DNA of 64,000 nt. It comes from Octopus vulgaris (lineage: Eukaryota). A program made the translations under genes and the position numbers. The notes under the pieces were generated by a model. That model was not told the DNA's origin. It did not search any database and saw only the letters and a list, made by a program, of their open reading frames with translations. Of the stretch, positions 62,914 to 64,000 are shown piece by piece; within the stretch, counting starts at the first letter, position 1; the number at the start of each line of letters is the position of its first letter. The stretch is taken from the NCBI GenBank assembly GCA_951406725.2, contig OX597816.1:107198001-107262000 (forward strand). Reading direction: 5' to 3'.

Positions 62914-63624
62914 GTGAGTCTGCTGCCCTAACCTCTGGGCCATTGCATCTCCAATATATTGACCACAAATTCACCAATATCTATAAATAAACAAGTGGGT
63001 GGAAAATATTTCCTTGTCTGTTCCATTTAGAATAATTGAATCATGATTTTAAAGCTATAGTAAATTGGATTTCTGATGTAAGAAAAGATGTGTAGAAGAT
63101 GGAAGGCAAAGATGCATATCTTTAAAGAAGAGGGGGTTACTTGAAATCTTCTGCGTAATTTTGTTTTGGATAAAATTGTAAAGATTGAAATATCCATCCA
63201 TTACCGTTTCTTTGTTATCATTACCTTTGTTGTTGACTTTGGTTCTGATGCTTCCACTATCACTGTCTTCCTCCACCACCACCACCACCACCACCACCAC
63301 CACAACAACAACAGTGCAAACAGTGGCAATGATGATGACGATGATGATGATGATCACCAATAAACACCCATCCACCACTGCTACTTGTTCAAATTTTTTT
63401 CATTACTGTGAAGAATTAAGACTATATGAAAGATTTGACATTTTCTTCAAATGATTTTTCTGTATAGAAAGGTTTTTTTCCTTCTTTTTGTGTTATTTTA
63501 AACTCTGGTTGAGAAAATCTTCATTTGACAACTGAGATGTAACAGAATAGCTTCAATGTTGCTCAAATCCTTTCTGTAACCAAATAAGAATCAGTATTCT
63601 CCAAAACTAACTGGTTCTAAATAA

Positions 63625-63869
63625 TTGCCACATAAAAAGCCCCCTGGCTGGTGCCATGGAAAAGGCACTTGTGTCAGTGCCATGTAAAAAGCACCTAGTA
63701 CCCCCTGTAAAGTGGTTGGCATTAGGAAGGGTAGCCAGCCATAAAAACCATATCAAAGTGAACAATTGGAACCCAGGCAGCTCTCTGGCTGAGCAGTTCC
63801 TGTCTGACCATCTAATCCATGCCGGCATGGAAAACAGACATTAAATCATGATGACAATGATGATGATGA

Positions 63870-63872
<3 letters not shown>
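63625..63872 (+). mobile_element. RTE-tail repeat copy
   Basis: GGTTGGCATTAGGAAGGG..CATGGAAAACAGACATTAAA followed by (GAT)n. Confidence 0.75.
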
Positions 63873-63903
<31 letters not shown>

Positions 63904-63906
<3 letters not shown>

Positions 63907-64000
63907 GGAGTAAACACATAAAAGTGAAACAAGGTGGAAAAAAGAGTACTCAAATACCAGTGGTAGAGTAATATGCTTTATTTAAAGCAGCAGAAAATTC
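63904..64000 (-). mobile_element. Probable PLE-type terminal fragment running off the window
   Basis: Begins directly at a (TA)n tract, like the other PLE remnants; family identity not verified. Confidence 0.35.

Overview
AT-rich, repeat-saturated animal genomic DNA, not prokaryotic. The SINE/LINE repertoire and microsatellite load point to an octopod cephalopod (Octopus sp.); this is inferred from recalled repeat families. Only one host protein-coding exon is supported: an internal exon (35938-36521, +) of an FLVCR/SLC49-family MFS transporter, flanked by long intronic DNA. Its acceptor is immediately followed by a donor-like GTAAGA, which is a recursive-splice-site motif. The rest is nested mobile DNA: several tRNA-derived SINE families, RTE-clade LINE fragments, R4/Dong-like fragments, a decayed hAT (hATm-like) transposase, hAT/piggyBac/mariner/Tigger-like MITEs, and many Penelope-like element (PLE) remnants next to (TA)n tracts. 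The most notable signal is a set of hammerhead-ribozyme folds in the PLE remnants. One is nearly canonical (61302-61362), two have a U3:A8 covariant core (22788, 43262), and several are minimal or decayed. Most six-frame ORFs are microsatellite artefacts. Repeat boundaries are approximate and were read by eye; no database search was run.
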